From the NCBI GenBank assembly GCA_951406725.2, contig OX597834.1, positions 3,968,001 to 4,032,000 of the forward strand: 64,000 bases of DNA. Reading direction: 5' to 3'. Shown one piece after another: positions 63,734-64,000 of the stretch (position 1 is the first letter of the stretch; each line of letters begins with the position of its first letter). The stretch comes from Octopus vulgaris. Taxonomy: Eukaryota. Under the pieces are notes generated by a model. It saw only the letters and a program-made list of their open reading frames with translations. It searched no databases and had not been told where the DNA came from. The position numbers were made by a program, and so were the translations under genes.

Positions 63734-63769
63734 CCGGAGAGAATTTCGGCTCTAGATCCCTTCCAGGAA
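63734..63769 (-). CDS. candidate 36-nt microexon PGRDLEPKFSP
   Basis: Strong acceptor gctatttctgcag|, weak donor GG|gtttct, phase 1-1. Confidence 0.35.
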
Positions 63770-64000
63770 CTGCAGAAATAGCAACAACAACAGCAACAGC
63801 AAAAATCAATGCCATTCTGAGTGATGACTTCTAAGAAGACATCAGGCCAGGTGTTGCGAAGAAAAAGAAAATAGGTGCAACCGCTTCCAAACAGAATTGG
63901 TAAGTAAGAATTTAGAAGGACGAAACATAACGATGGGGCTCGACTAAGCTGGTCCCAGTGCTTTTGATAATAACGATCGATGGTACATCACAAAACAGTA

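Noticed and set aside
63734-63815. Signal-peptide-like MALIFAVAVVVAISA
   Set aside because: Encoded by a (GTT/GCT)n low-complexity tract that is better read as the pyrimidine-rich region of an acceptor

Overview
AT-rich, repeat-dense animal genomic DNA. The SINE families and microsatellite load point to an Octopus (coleoid cephalopod) genome; this is inferred from recognised repeats, not from a search. One host gene crosses the window on the minus strand: a MAP7/ensconsin-family microtubule-associated protein. Ten well-supported exons were reconstructed by hand with consistent splice phases, including the MAP7-domain motif EEEERLARKK|RLEMIMKRVK. There are also several candidate symmetric phase-1 micro/cassette exons. 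The N-terminal coiled coil was not found in the window and the last exon is unresolved. Introns hold tRNA-derived SINEs, RTE/CR1/HERO LINE fragments, piggyBac, Tc1/mariner, hAT and Helitron derivatives, and a Penelope-like (PLE) GIY-YIG remnant. The most unusual signal is a set of short, non-coding, head-to-head fold-back elements that carry type I hammerhead-ribozyme motifs (13.1-13.6 kb, 41.3-41.7 kb, 61.8-62.2 kb, plus single copies at 3.9, 38.9 and 51.6 kb). One of them has a tRNA-derived Pol III head. Together they suggest a Penelope-dependent, retrozyme/SINE-like system inside a host pre-mRNA. Most ORFs in the supplied track are repeat or microsatellite noise. Exon boundaries were counted by hand; repeat boundaries are approximate.
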